64,000 bases of DNA from Azolla caroliniana (Eukaryota > Plantae > Polypodiophyta): the NCBI GenBank assembly GCA_043228905.1, contig JBHGNT010000001.1, positions 30,132,001 to 30,196,000 of the forward strand. The letters run 5' to 3'. Positions within the stretch are counted from its first letter, which is position 1. Each line of letters starts with the position of its first letter. Position numbers and translations under genes: made by a program. The notes beneath the pieces were generated by a model. That model was not told the origin of the DNA. It ran no database searches and worked only from the letters and a program-made list of their open reading frames with translations. Shown piece by piece: positions 11,150 through 25,821 of the stretch.

Positions 11150-12849
11150 TTGTCAGATTCCTCTACAATGCCAATATTTGGTGTTTGTTTAAGGTTCTAC
11201 TCATTTCTAACTTGAGTGTTGATTGTGGTTATGTAAAAGTGGCAAGATTCTTGTTTATGTCTCTTTAAAAGGAAAGAAAGTAACATGAATGCCAAAACAA
11301 CATAGGATGGGTGATGCATTGGTTCTTGCACCATATAATTTAGAATCTTGTTCACCACAACTGTATTACTAGAGATATCCTCCTAAGATACTTGCCAAAA
11401 TAATTCCACATAGAATACGGAGACAAGATTACAAGTTTGACACAATCATATGTATATATATATATATTAAATAAAGATTCACCTTGGTATTAATGGAAAG
11501 ATGCCCAAAGGCTACAAAGAACTCATACAGTAAAATATAACCTTTATAAGGATTTAGATACACATAAATCGAAGCACATATATATTTGAAACCCAATTGC
11601 AATGGTACAATCTTACACCATAGGATGAACTAGGTGTATGTAACTAGGTGTATGTGTATACATAGCTGCAAAAAATCCTTTTTCACAAACATATATATTT
11701 CTTGTTTCCCAGACGTTACAATGGAGCAACATTCACAATTCCTAGGCAAATGCTATACGATTCAAGGAAGTTTTCAAGTGTGTTCTGTTTTTCATTATAT
11801 TAAATGCAATGCGATCGATATCACTTCTTGTATTGTAGAACAAGTTGTGAAGGTTAATCTTAAAATCCAAATTTAGGATCAAACTACTATAATTATAATG
11901 AATGCAATCAACCTAATCCTCGAAAGTTAAACCCAAACCATCGAGTTTACAGATCATAATTACACCATTATATATTCGAATGTCACAATCTTAGTAAGGT
12001 AACTCTTATGAGGTTTTAATTAATCATATATGAGAATGCCTAAGTTTCTTTATATGATTCATTAATATTTCCCATTGGCTTGTCATGATAGCGATTTAAG
12101 AAAGGCAAAAATATCACGTAAAAATCTTTTAAATAAATTAGTTACATCTTTTGTCATACAATTAGAAAAGTAAATTGCTTGACCTCTTCTTTGAATAAAC
12201 AAAAGTGTAAGGAAATTCCTAAAAATTGATGAGACAAGAAAATATTACGAGATGACATGATGATGTCAATTATATATACTTGGACAAATGGTATCGATTA
12301 TGTATCGTTCAAGATGTCATTTTGAATAAAAATGCACTTGAGTATGCATCAATTTTCCATTTTCCATCTATGTTTGTTATTGAACGTTACAGATATGGTA
12401 CACATAATGGATAGATTCTTCTATTTTCATGCCGTTGATGTCAAATAGGAGTTGAACTTAGGTATTTTGGAAACATATATGAATCTTTGACAAAAAAAAT
12501 TTAATTATCCTAAAAATGAAATCCATTTAAATATTACACTTGCTTTTACAACTAGTTTGTATTCTTGATCATGCTTATTCATTGATTCTTTATGGGTAGC
12601 AAAGCTCATTTAAATAACAACTATGGTTATATACTACAAGAGGATATTCTTGATCATACTTATTAAATGTTATAAGCTATTTATCTAATTCTTTAGCATA
12701 TTTGTTTCTCGAGGTTGCAAGAAGTGTATGATTGGGTTCATTAGTTGCATGCCATTAGCCTGATCTCATATTCCAAAAAGATCACATTGAAATTAATCCC
12801 CATTTAATTTCCTAACAATTCGGGTACATTTTTTTAATCGTGTTTGCCT

Positions 12850-13800
12850 AAAACAAATATGTTTAGTATTCATAAAATCTTTATGATATACCTTCATATT
12901 CATTGTAGAGCCTTTCTTCCATGCCAGTTGTGCCATTTGGAAAATTGTATTGCGAGGAGTATATATAGCATGGGAAGCTATCTTACAAATATCCCAACTT
13001 CCAAGAATTATACTAAAAATCATTTAAATTATGCCATCTTAGTATTTTTTTATATCTTGACACATTCTTGATCATGCATGATGAATGTGTAGTTATTCTT
13101 CACGAACTTTCAATGGTATATACATCCTCAAACAATGTAGAAACACAAGGTGATTACAAACATATATGGGTGTATGCACGAGGGAGTTGCGAGCATATGT
13201 TTGAGCCTAACACACTCGGACACACAATACCTCATTGAAATTTTCATTATTTAAATCATGATTCCTAAAAGATTTCATGTTTATTTTAAATTTGGAACTT
13301 GCACATTCTCATTTATTCTAGGATAAGTTTCATCATTTGGTTCACATTGCAAAAAAGGTATTGTCCAAAGAACATGGTTGGAGGAATGTATGGTTGAATC
13401 CTAACATACCCGTACATGGCCATGACAATTTTTACATTATGAATCATCAAATGACAATCACCCCCAGGATGAAGTCCACGGGACTTCCTTTAAAGAATTT
13501 GAGAATATCATTTTGGATTTGACAATAAATAGAGTAGAAGCCACCACCTTTGACCTACTTTAGATTTTGCATCATAATTTACTGATTCTGTATGCTCTTC
13601 CTTAAGTTCCGATTTTGCCAATCTTGCAACAACTAGGCCTTTCATTTCACATTTTATTACATAACTAGTTTTAAATGGGAGTTTACTAGCATATGCTCGC
13701 GAGAAGCCTTAATGTGAAATGCACTTATATGTCACTACAACATTATTGAAATGATTTTGAGCAAAAACTTTTTGAGCAACATTCCTCGATCATTGACCAT
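12850..13800 (-). mobile_element. Possible highly decayed L1-type LINE endonuclease region
   Basis: Minus strand near 13450-13480 reads atcctgggggtgattg, one base short of an ILGGDF motif. The surrounding sequence is coding-like but broken. Confidence 0.25.
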
Positions 13801-15710
13801 AATCATGGTCCATATAAGATCAATGACATGTCTAAGGCTATTTCCTATACCTTGCTTTGAGCGCTAAAATGTTGATTGGAAATCTTAAGTTTTTTAGTTT
13901 GAAATATTTATAAATGCAATAAACCGACAACTATGATACATTTTTTACTAAATCTCAAAACATTTGTGGTGGTTGTTCATTTAGTTTCTTATTATTTCAT
14001 ACATGGAATGGAAACTCAACCTAATTGGTAAAGCAAAATTTCCGAACACATTTGCTAACTAGTGTGAAAGTGACCCAATAGAAAAAACCAATAGGAGAAG
14101 ATAAAATTCCTACTAATTTCCAACGCATGTTTGGCATTGATTGACAATTTCCTATTGTTTAGTACTCGAAAAGGAAGGAACCATTCCCAAATGCCTTTAG
14201 TTCACCCCCATGTCAAGCAATTATATGTTCATGCCCTCCCCATTGCTTATCAAATTTGATGCACAAATATAAGGAATTAAATGCTCAATCATTTCATGCT
14301 CGTTGTTTTCTCTCTTGGAGGCGGTTGATCAAATAGGATATTTTGGGAGACCAAAAAAACGTGTTTGGTTTTTTTAGGGGCATTTGGGGAAAACTAACAT
14401 TTGCAACAATATACAGCCACTAATAGAGAGGAGAGGGACTTTAATTAATGGACTAGTTTTCCATGTAGTAGTTGTATTTTCTGTAAAGTAATAATTGAAG
14501 CCACAACAACAAAAAAACTATGTTTAGACAGTACAACATCAATGCAAAAGGTTATTTAGTTGTTTGTTTTGTAGCTCTTAGTGTCCCTCCAAGTAACAAC
14601 CATAGGCCAAACAACAACAATTTGGCCACTTTCCTCTTGATACTTCTTATGGTGATTATTATTAAATAATTTGTATTTTCTACATTATGCAATGGTTCGC
14701 ATGCAAGCATCTAGACGAAAGAACCAACCTCCATGGTTAGCATGCTAGGATTTTTTTCCCCATTCGCAATCTTGACTTAGCTCACGTTGCCTGAAACGAA
14801 TGGGAAAATATATGGAGAAATGTTCTTGGACAATTTCGGATCTTTTTTATTGGATTTTGTTCCCTTTATAGATGTTTCCAATAGACAAGCACATAAAATT
14901 ATCGGATGTTTGATATTTGGGCTATGCCACTTAACTACATGAATAGAGACGTAGGGGAATTTGATGTCACTTAACTCAATATTGTTGGGATTGTAATGCA
15001 AAGTGCTTAATCCTTAAGTTTCAAAACTTCGATTCCAAACTCGTGCTCTTGATTTACAAAGTCATTCCTTTCATCTCACACGTATTTACATATGTCGAAA
15101 CATAGGATGTTGTATCGAGCCTGGTTCCTATTTCACCATACATAATACAACCACACCCTAAATGTTGTCTTCGAAGGTATGTTCATTCTCTTTGCATCTA
15201 GTCAAACAAATTCGAAATTCGGAGATATCGAAATGCAAGAATTTGCCATGAGTCCAAACTAGGTATCATCAAAAAACACAAAAAAACATTGTTGACATCC
15301 AAGGTTCTGTCCCCCCCCCCCCCCCTCCCATGATGTGATGATGAGCCAAGCCAGCCAGTGCTGGGAACCAGTAATTTACTTATCTATAGTGGGAAATCTT
15401 TTGAATTTGGGGACAAACGTGGAATACAACGAAGAATTAGGATATGTGTGTACACATGATGGATCACACACACACACACACACACACGATGACTTGACAC
15501 TCACATCCACAAGTGGATTGGATGGATATCTTTGCCTAAGTTCAAACTATGTGAAATCGCAGGCAAGAGAGAAACAGAAAAGGGCCAAATATATAAATAC
15601 TAGAAAAAGGCGTCCCAAGTAGGCCCAACTAAAGATGGGAGCTTTCTATAAGTTGGGATTGAACAGTGAAACCAAATTGCCACTCAAGAGCAGCTAGACG
15701 TAGGTAGTGT

Positions 15711-15712
<2 letters not shown>

Positions 15713-15748
<36 letters not shown>
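15713..15748. repeat. (GA)n microsatellite just upstream of the epimerase ATG
   Basis: Seen directly. Confidence 0.95.
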
Positions 15749-15750
<2 letters not shown>

Positions 15751-15755
15751 TTGGG

Positions 15756-18507
15756 ATGGCAATGAGAATGACAATGTCATTGACATTAAGGGCAAGCGCA
15801 TTGGTGATGATGAGCTTCTATGTAGTGGTTCTGCTGATGATTGCGAGTGATGAGATTTGTTGGGTAAGTAGGGTGGAGGGGTCAAGGGGAGTGGAGTTGA
15901 GGCCGTATGGCCGGACATCGGATGGGCGGCAGGTGGTTCTGGTGGCACTCCGGAGGGGCCGTGTCCGCCTCTCCCTTACCAACTGGGGGGCCACAATCAC
16001 CTCCCTCCTCCTCCCCAATGCTCAAGGTACCACCACCACCACTACTAACTTAGTACCACGACTACTAGACTTAGCACCCACTACCCAATTACCACACTAC
16101 TACTACAAAGTGTTTTAAGTTTTATACAAGTTCCTTCACACTTTGTATGTGAAGTGTTTAAGTTTTATACAAGTTCCTTCACACTTTGTAAGTTCCTTAT
16201 TGTTTCTATGGGGGATTGTTCTCATTTTGGAGTGAGTGAGAGAGAGAGAGAGATCTCCCCCAGCTTGTCAAAGTGTGGAACTCAATGTAACCATGTGATT
16301 GTCAAAGTGTGGAACTCAATGTATCCATGTGATTAGTGACAACACTCACGAGAAGTGCCCAATTCCTCAAATTTCTCGTAACTTAATTCATTCATCCACT
16401 CATCCTCGGTATAGTTTTTTGATCTCTGTTTTTTTTTTTCCTTTTGGCCCTTTATGATATATATAGGGGACCTGGATGATGTGGTCTTGGGCTACGACTC
16501 CTTGAAGGGCTATCAGGTATTGAGAACTTAGCTAAATCTAATTTGAAATTGGCTTACATACTTGTTTGTCTATAATTGGCTTACATGTGATTTGTTTGTT
16601 GTGATGGTAAAAGTGTTTTTACAAGTTAAGGAAACACATACATGTTCCATCTTACTTTCTTAGGGTTTTGTAATCCCATTGGGCATGCATATGCACACAC
16701 ACACAAAGAAAAGAAAAATAAAGGAAACTTGGGTCCAATATTTTCTGCTTAACCTTGCAATCCCTCTATCCATATGCGTGCACTTTAGGTTACAATGAAT
16801 TTGTGTTGGAATCAACTGTAAAATCTTCATAAGTTTGGGACAAGAAAATAACAAATAACTCTCCATAATCCATATTCATACATATAGTACCTGAATTATA
16901 ATTACTTTCTAAACACAAAAAGATCATTTCATGTGCCATTATCTTTCTTTATTATATTTAGAGTCGAAAAAGATTAGAAATGACTTTGTCATGTTAGTGA
17001 ACCAAAATTTCACAATGTTTACATATATCATAGAGAAGCATAGACAACTAACCTAATTTTGTAAAGGCGAATTTCTTTGGAAAACACAAATATGTTGTCA
17101 ATCCTATCAAACTTGAACGTGTGCATCTGTTGCCCACACATAGCGTTAAGATTACGTTGAAACATGTATTTGTACACCCTAGTACTCTTTTGGATTAATG
17201 TGATGTGTGTGTACATGTGAAGGGAGACTAAGAAGTGGAATTTTATAATTGCAATCTTTTTCTGTAGAATGGAAGTGCCTACTTTGGAGCTATTGTGGGT
17301 AGAGTTGCAAATCGAATTGCGGGAGGCACATTTGTCCTTGATAGAGTTCGTTACAATCTCACTAAAAATGAAGGAAATAACACACTTCATGGTGAATAAA
17401 TGCATTTTCTATAAAATTGTGCAATATCCCCATAAATTGTTCATCTTAATAGAACATCCATCCCAATATTTTGTACTATTTTAAAAGTATGGATTCATTC
17501 CATATCTTAAAATCCATGTCGAATTTACTAATTGTAGGTGGTAAAGTAGGGTATGATAAAGTTCTTTGGGAAGTCAGTTCAAAACTTGACATGGATGGTT
17601 CTCCTTCCGCAACATTTAAATATCGCAGCTTCGATGGTGAACAAGGTACTAATATTCTGACGACATGTGTAAATCTTTATGTTATAGTAAATGACCATGT
17701 ATGGAATGTTGGTTTGGTTTCAAGAAAATCATTATATGCTTTAGTTGCACCTCTAGTGTGTTGTATGCTTTCAATGGGATATCATATGATTTGGGTGATA
17801 TATATGTTGGGCTGATGCTAAAGGTTCATATAACCTAATAACAACATGCTGGACTTTGTATATTTGTAGGTTTCCCAGGAACTGTAAATGTTAGTGTCAA
17901 ATACAAGTTGACCAAACATAGAGAACTTGTTGTCGATATGAAAGGGGCAGTGGGCATAAAACCGACCCCCGTGAATTTGGCACAACATACATATTGGAAT
18001 TTAGGAGGACACGATAGTGGAACCATTTTGAAAAATAAGGTGGAAATATTTGGCGATCAAGTGACAACCGTTGATGAGAATCTAATACCGACCGGAAAGT
18101 TGAAGGATGTAAGGGGAACACCCTATGATTTCACAACTGAGAGGACAATATGGAGTCAATTTAAGAATGTGAAAGGTGGCTACGACATTAATTATGCACT
18201 AAAAGGTGGAAAAGTGATCAAGGTCGAACAAATGGACTTACATCTAGCTGCAAGAGTAAGTGAACCGATGAGTGGAAGAATATTGGAGTTGTATACAAAT
18301 CAGCCGGGTATGCAGTTTTACACTGGTAACCACTTGGATAGGATTCGAGGGAAAAATGGAACTATTTATCAACCTCATAGCGGTTTGTGCCTAGAAACAC
18401 AAGGGTACCCAAATGCTATAAATCAACCCAATTTCCCTTCTATACTTGTCGAGCCTGGGCAAATTTATCACCATAAGATGTTATTTCGTTTTTCAGTTCA
18501 AAAATAG
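15756..18507 (+). CDS. Aldose 1-epimerase (galactose mutarotase-like) with N-terminal hydrophobic signal/anchor. Exons 15756-16026, 16467-16516, 17268-17391, 17538-17645, 17870-18507
   Basis: LTNWGATITSL..P, DDVVLGYD, YFGAIVGRVANRI, NTLHGG, GEQGFPG, TPVNLAQHTYWNL, GGYDINY, TNQPGMQFYTGN, GLCLETQGYPNAINQPNFPS. Splice phases are consistent. Confidence 0.93.
16108..16334. repeat. Two small tandem duplications (~44 bp and ~33 bp units) in epimerase intron 1
   Basis: aagtgttt(t)aagttttatacaagttccttcacactttgta x2 and ttgtcaaagtgtggaactcaatgta(a/t)ccatgtga x2. Confidence 0.85.
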
Positions 18508-20349
18508 GTCATGATGAAATATCCGAAAGTAACATTGTGTTTGAAACAAACTTTTCGGGCAATCCGAGAAGTGAAGTTAAGCGATTGGATGAAGAAAGTG
18601 TAATTCCTTGAAAAATAGGAGAAATAAAGTTCGCTACATAATGATTTACTATTTTCTATGCCCCTCCGAGTCGCTATTTTTATCAACAATTCATAATTCA
18701 TCGATACTAGGAAAATAAATGGCAACAAAACACCTTGTGCCTTTGCAAACAATGTATGACATAGTGTTCCTCATTGTATGAAATTGGTCTTGTATTAAGT
18801 TATCGAAATTTTGGAGAATTGTCAAAAACATTTTAATATTAAAAGCTTGTGTCAAACATATCACACAATTATTCTAGTTGAGAAGTGACAAACTGATACA
18901 TTTCTCAAGACTCATGCCTTCTAATTTTGCCTTAAGTTTAACAAACTGATCAAGACAATTTTAAAAATTGCTAATCAAAGATGTTAAAATATTAAACTTT
19001 CCAAGTTAAGTAATGGATTTGAAGTTTAGAAATGGATTTAAATAACATTTTAAAGCAAGCCAATAAGTTATGTGCAATATTTAAAAGCATACGCTATTCT
19101 TGATGCATTGCCTCTTTCAATGAAGTTTTTTTAATGTTTTTATGTTCAAACCATGCTTTTCTTAAAGTGGACGTTTTGAATAGGTCTATATTAATAATAA
19201 GTTCATCAACGTAAATGGATTTGAACACCTTATACTCAATTAATAAAATGGACTCAATTGCACTTACCAAACCATCAGAAAGTAAATGTCTCATGACGAA
19301 AAAATCCATCCATGGAAGGTTCAACTTTCTACACAAGTAATTTGATTCTGTACATTTTACATTTTACATGCAAGATGTATAGACCATCAAATGTATTGTA
19401 AGAAATTCTTGTCAAGTATGTTGTTATTATTTTTCAAGCAAAAACCTTCAATTTAGTGTATACATCCATACAACTCCACATCACATATCTTTAGACCTAG
19501 GAATCACGAGTCACAATCGACATAGAATGCCATTGGTTACATTATGCCGCTGCGACTAATTCCATAAAAATGATCTGAACATACCATCAATGATCAAGGT
19601 ATGTTGTTTATGATACATAAAATACTCAGCTAGAGTTGCTTCATATAGGCCTAGAAAACAATGTATTGGACCAAAAGGTGTGGAAAAGGTCTTGAAGGCA
19701 TCATTCTCCTAGAAATCAAATTGATCAAGTTGTTTAACTCTCATAAAAAACACTGATTTGACATCGGAGTTTTTGAGCTGCTAAGATATGTCTCTTACAT
19801 ATGGCTAATTAATTAATTTTCTGAATTCCAGTTGAGATGTGGCCACTAGATTCATATCAGTATTTTGAGGTTAGTGTTTGTCCAAAACCAAACTGGAGAT
19901 ATACAGTCAATGTACTAATTAGTTATCAAGTACCAACAGGTGCCAATGGTACTATTGTACAAGAAACACAAATCCTCCTTAAAACATGTATATTACATTT
20001 TGAGTAATAAAAACCTCCAATCAGCTGAAACTACAACCGCCACAACCACTGCCACCACATACCTCAGTAGCTGAACCCACTGATCTGCCAACTAGAACAT
20101 TGTCATATTCATAAAACTAGTAGCCCTATTATATTGATGAAATGCTCCACCAGCAATAATATGGTATCATGGATGTGGATTGCGTAATTTCCTCTCAAGA
20201 TAACAGAGCTTACAATTTAAAAACAAATCTCAATATTTAATCAAAACAATCATCTATGGTGACCTATTTTCAAAGGCAGCCTCTTCTCTTCACAAATTGA
20301 CAATGATGGGAGCATAACTAAAACAAAATTAAGCCCTAGGCTGGTGATA

Positions 20350-23300
20350 AATTCATTTAAAATGGAAGACATTGATTTATACTCACCCCAATCATCAGAA
20401 GATTGCGTTGATCAGTTTAGAAGAGCATTTTTTCCTTCAATTCAACATCCAACCCCTCCAGGTCAAATACCAATGTGGAACTGATTGTTGAGAGTGGCAA
20501 CACAAGGATTACACTTACATTCGGTGAGACCTACAGCATACACCAATATTGTTGGCTTCACATGTAGAAGTTGCAAAGTATAAACCTACAGACAATTGTA
20601 TAAACCAAACCCCCATGGTATCCATTCCCCTATTGAAGAGAGCCATTGCTCGTCTAATACACACATCGATGTTGTCATACTATAGGAGAGTCGCAAAACC
20701 CCCTTCATCTTTTTCACTTCACCTCTACTATAGTTTCCTACCGCATTCTAGACTTATCTGTACCATTGAAAGAAGAGCATCTCTATAAAGTAACTATGCA
20801 AATGTGGCCTCTACAGTCTACTTCTTAAACAACTTTCTTTTTCATTAAGGATGGAAAGTAGCATAAATTTGATTTTGAAGACTGGCAGCAAGCTCAAGGA
20901 GGGCTCAAAATCTGAGCCAGGTTTTGTTCTTGATCTAGTCATAATACGTCGTGTAGTATTTCCAAAACATTTCTGACATCTTTGCATGGATAGCATTTCT
21001 TTTGTTTCTTGGCCAGTCACAATTTGATGACCAGTTGTCACTTTGGCTGCATTTACCATGAAAGGATGTGTGATGCTACAGATGTGTAATCGTCATTGAT
21101 ACGGTTGAGACTAAGATTTGTTGAGAGTTGGAAATTCATTTAGTATAGTTTATTGGTTTATGGGACTTTGGAGGAACGGGTCATGAGATGGGTCCTAAAA
21201 AGGACCACCATGCCATTAACCAATTTGTCAATCCATACAAGTTGGGTGGTAGAACACCAATTGTTTATTAACCATCATAGTCAGAAGATGCAATCAATGA
21301 AGCAGGTTCATCTGGATCCTTCCTGTCTTGGATTTCAAAGCATTTAGGTTGATATATTAATGGCTTCAACACCTCTCGCCCTGACAAAGAAAATGCATAA
21401 TTGCTTCTTCTGGGATACATGTATGTGCATCATGCCAGGTTCACTTGTTATCCATGTCCTATACTGAAAGAGTTCCCGCTTCTCTTTTACTAGATTGCAT
21501 ATGCGAGAGATTGTGACCTTCACTCTAGGCGCCTCATAGGCACCCCAGCCTCCTTGACTCTGCCGAGGTTACTGAAAGCATTCAGAGATTTTGGGAGAAG
21601 AGGTTTCCATGTGAGCTATACACCCTCGAATTTACCATGTTTGCTGATGGTGCTGGTGACATACATTATGATCTCCAAGCAGCCTTTGCTAGACAAAGCA
21701 CATTCTTCTACCAGGTATGCTTTCAATTTTGCTATATTTTTCCTTTTTTGTGCATAGAGACATTGTTCCATTATTGTTCACCTTCAGGTTAATTTGAGTG
21801 GGTTTCTGAAACATATATGAGAGATGACAGTTTCTTGAGGGTTGCAGAATGTCTGCACAAGGATTTTTTCCAGTTGTTCAGAATGATGAATTCTAAGTTC
21901 TTACTAGGTACTCTGATAAAAAAAGATTTGGTTACAAACCAATACCTGAGAGGCAAAAGTGCATTCACATCCATCTCGGTGGTTGGCAGTATAAAGATAG
22001 TACTGACAAAGGGACTGTTCCAGGTATTCTGAATGCATGAATTACTTTTTATAAAAACCTCCAAATTGTACTCCTTGTATTAGTAAAGCTAATTAGAGAG
22101 TACATACTCATAACTGTGATACGAATTAATTGCTCCATGACTATTTTTTATACAGTTTACAATGTTCACTAACCTTTCCATGTTACTGTGCTAAGCTTTG
22201 TTTGGATGAGCATAATATAAAATACAGCATATCAAGAAAGTCTCAAAAATATTAAATCCATTGATTGACCTAACTAAAAAGGAAGAACCTTTCATTGAAG
22301 AAAATTTGACTAACGCAAGAACATTGTATGTGCTGTCAAGAACTTGGCAATGTGTTGGATTTTTTTATTCAGTTACTATAAATACCCTGTTTTGGCAAGA
22401 GGAAAAAGGAGACGTAAAGAACACAAACATGCTTTGCGAACATCTAAATGAAGCACACCGTACCAACTGATGGTAAGCATAATTCATAGGCACGCTTAGA
22501 GAGTGATATGCTGACCAAAGAAGACTAATCCAACCATGTCTCCTCTACATCAACGAAAAGGCATGAAAACTCTTTAACTTCTTCTGAAAGGACTGATAGT
22601 GATAGGGTATACGATATCGATCTCAAGCTGTCCAGAATGCCATTACCTATGCTTAGAGGGTATTTGAATTTCGAGCTTGAAACTAAAGAAACGTTCCCAT
22701 CTTGTAGTTGAGAAGATGATAAGAGCATGTTTTCTAGTGAATTCTCCTTGGATCTTTAATTCATGGAGAAGGTAAATTTGCATGTCGTAAGACACATGGT
22801 GATCAGATGACCCTCAAATGAGAGACCGTCATAAGAGATATCAACATGGGCAATGAAAATTGGCATGATTTACTGTTCCGGGAATACATAACTTGATTTT
22901 GCAAGAACAGAGAAGCTCCATCCCCATTTGTTCCAAATACCACTAAAATCCATCCTTTTAGGATTACAAGCATGTCTCCACGATGCTTAAGTGAGCTCAA
23001 GCTATTCACTATGACTAGAGATGCAGCCACAATATTGCACAGGTCCAACAAACCATGTCCAGCCATCATGGCATAGTATGTCCGAGTCTGGCATACATGT
23101 GGATGGTTGCACTACCTATACCATATCTCTTTGTTGCAGGGATTTTCTTTTTGTTCGCCTATTTCTACCAATTTTTCTCTTACCTTTGGTGCCCGTTTTA
23201 GCTGTTTATTAGCTTTCGTTTTATGTTACTCTTTTCTTTGTCTTTTTGTCAGAAAACAATCCCCATCCTCAGAAGTTCCACATTACTTCATATTTCCTGA

Positions 23301-25821
23301 TAACCCTCAATACTGGAGTCACGAAATTCCTCCCCATCTGAACGTGGTGTTGAAGGCAATATGATGCCGAAGTATGGGATATTGTCAAACCACACCGCAA
23401 ATATGGAGTGCACCTTAACTTTGCAGCATACACAGTGCTCTGTTATGCTCATACACTCAATAAAGCCTGGGTAGAGATTCTCCCAAAGGCTTGGAGTCAA
23501 TACACTACCCTGTCATGATTGGTCACCAATTCAATTCTGCTCGGATTGAGATGGAGGTAATCCTAGAAGTGGCACTACAGTTTGCAGTGTGGTGATTCAG
23601 TAAAGCTATTTCAGCTAAGAAAACTTCTTCAATCGCGTTTTTCATAGTGTCTTCTTGTCTGGAATTGATTTTCCTTAGCCGAAATTGATTTTCCTTTTGT
23701 TTCTGCTATTTATTTTTCCTTTTTTTCAGTATTTTCAAAACTTTTTAGAAGCTTATAATCAAAAAATAATAATTGTGAAGACCCCTAGAAGGATCTCTGC
23801 CAAAAGAACCAATCTGAACCCATCTTTTGTTTCTCCTCTTTCTTTCCCAGTTATTCAGAACTTTGACAGCAGTGCGGTTGATCGTTTGCCCTCATCTTTA
23901 TGTAGATCCTTGACCTCAAAAATAGAAACCTATATGAAACAAACTTGTGTTTCTCCTATTTATAACCAGATTGTCAGCACTTTTAGGAAAGTGTGCTTGT
24001 TTGGCCTTTAATCTCTCTATATAGATGCTTATGTTTGAATCTCTATTGTATGTCGGTTCTAAAAACACATACACTCTAAACGCTCTAATCTGTATACAGC
24101 ACTCATATCAAGGATGGTGGTTTGCCCCATCCTGTTTTTCAGAACTTTCAAAACATTGACAATGCTCATTTGGTCTTTCATATCTCTATCAAGATGCATC
24201 TGCTCTTTTATTTATCCTTCACCTCACTGAATGACCTCCGCTGACGCTAATGAGAAACATTCTCAACCAATGCAAAATCATGCTAATCTTGATCTTTGCG
24301 AAGAGTTTCACATAGCTTTTACTTATACAAATTCGACAAAAATTTGCTTTCATTTACAAATCTTTACTTATTAGGATAACAAAGAATATTAACTGCCAGT
24401 GTTTCATAGTTTTCATGAAAACATCCACACAGATGGAGAGAAAAACACTAAATTTCACCAGTTCCAATAACAGCAAAGATTTTGAAATGCAGATTTTCCA
24501 TACTTGAAAGGAAGAAATATATACGAAAATTTCTATAAGACTATAATGGTATATGCAATCTATCAAAGATTACAACTGTTTATGCCTGTCACATAAGAGG
24601 AGAGACAAGAAAAGAGAAAAGTTTTTCTATCCTGGTTTCCTGAAATCAAATGGCTTGAAATGTATTTGATGTAATCACAAATAACCAAAGTCGGGTTTGA
24701 TGTTTGATCATTGAATCTGAAATTACTACTCTGTGAAAAATCTTCATCATGCATCAATCCAATATAGAAAGGGGCAGTGGGATGACGAGGATGTCGTAAT
24801 GCCCTGTACTAATGGCTTTGATGTTATGAAGGTGTACAGGTCAGGGTCCATGACAAACAGCAATGTCTCTAGTCTTCATGATCAACTTTGCCAGGACGAT
24901 TGTTTGTACACTATGAGGAGTGAACTAGTAGTTTTTGCGTAGAAGAAATCCATATAGAAATGCTGAAATATCTACCAGTTTGGATAAAGTTTGAATTACA
25001 GTTTCTCGTATTTCCGAATATGATTGTCTATAGTATTTTATGAAAATCTACTTGACAATACAAATGTTTACTAGTTTTGATTATTTAAAGTTTTTTGACA
25101 TGATGATTTCTCGTATTTTTTAACATGATCTAGTGTTTGTGTATAAATTTTACAAAAACCTTGTTTTACATAGAAAGAAAAGGAAAGGAAAATTTATTGT
25201 TACTGTTAAAAGATCGAAATGGTCTATAAATTATTACAATTTACAATTGAAAGTATGAGTTCTCCTGTACATATATAAGTGTGCCTAAGTATCCCTTCTA
25301 AAACTCTGTCTTTTCTGATTTGCATTAGCTCACTACATAATTTGCTCCAATTTCTCTACTTTTCCCTTCCATGTTTCTTCTCCTTTTCATATTATATTAT
25401 GTAGCCGGAAGACATATGTAGTGCTAAGTAAATCAATCAGGTTTGACATATTTCTATATTGCATTTGAATTGAAAGGAAATATTGAGAAGTAACTAACTA
25501 GAATCTTAAAGTGCGTTATATGTTTATACTCCTAGTTTCGGAACCATGTCAATCTTGGATACCTTTGCCTACGAAGTTCTCAGATCCACTTAAAAATACA
25601 GGTCACTTATGTTTCCTCAAAACTAAAATGATAAAAATAAGTAAAACTTAAAGAAATAAGGAGTTGAAGTATTGAGAAGGTTACCTGGTTGAGGCAGTGG
25701 GCAAAGCCAACTCGCAATCGAGGAGGGACTGAAGCGTGAGCGATCGGCTAAAAGATTCATCCAAAGGTGCAAAACGATCGGTGATCATGAGGGGAGAAGA
25801 AGGAGCCAGCATTCCTGGTAT
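20350..25821 (-). pseudogene. Decayed spliced gene or TE-borne gene of unknown family
   Basis: Phase-compatible minus-strand exons 25821-25685, 25588-25563 and 24962 onward, plus 22028-21946 and 21805 onward. Long coding-like frames are broken by TAG/TGA/TAA stops explicable as C>T changes. Confidence 0.45.
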
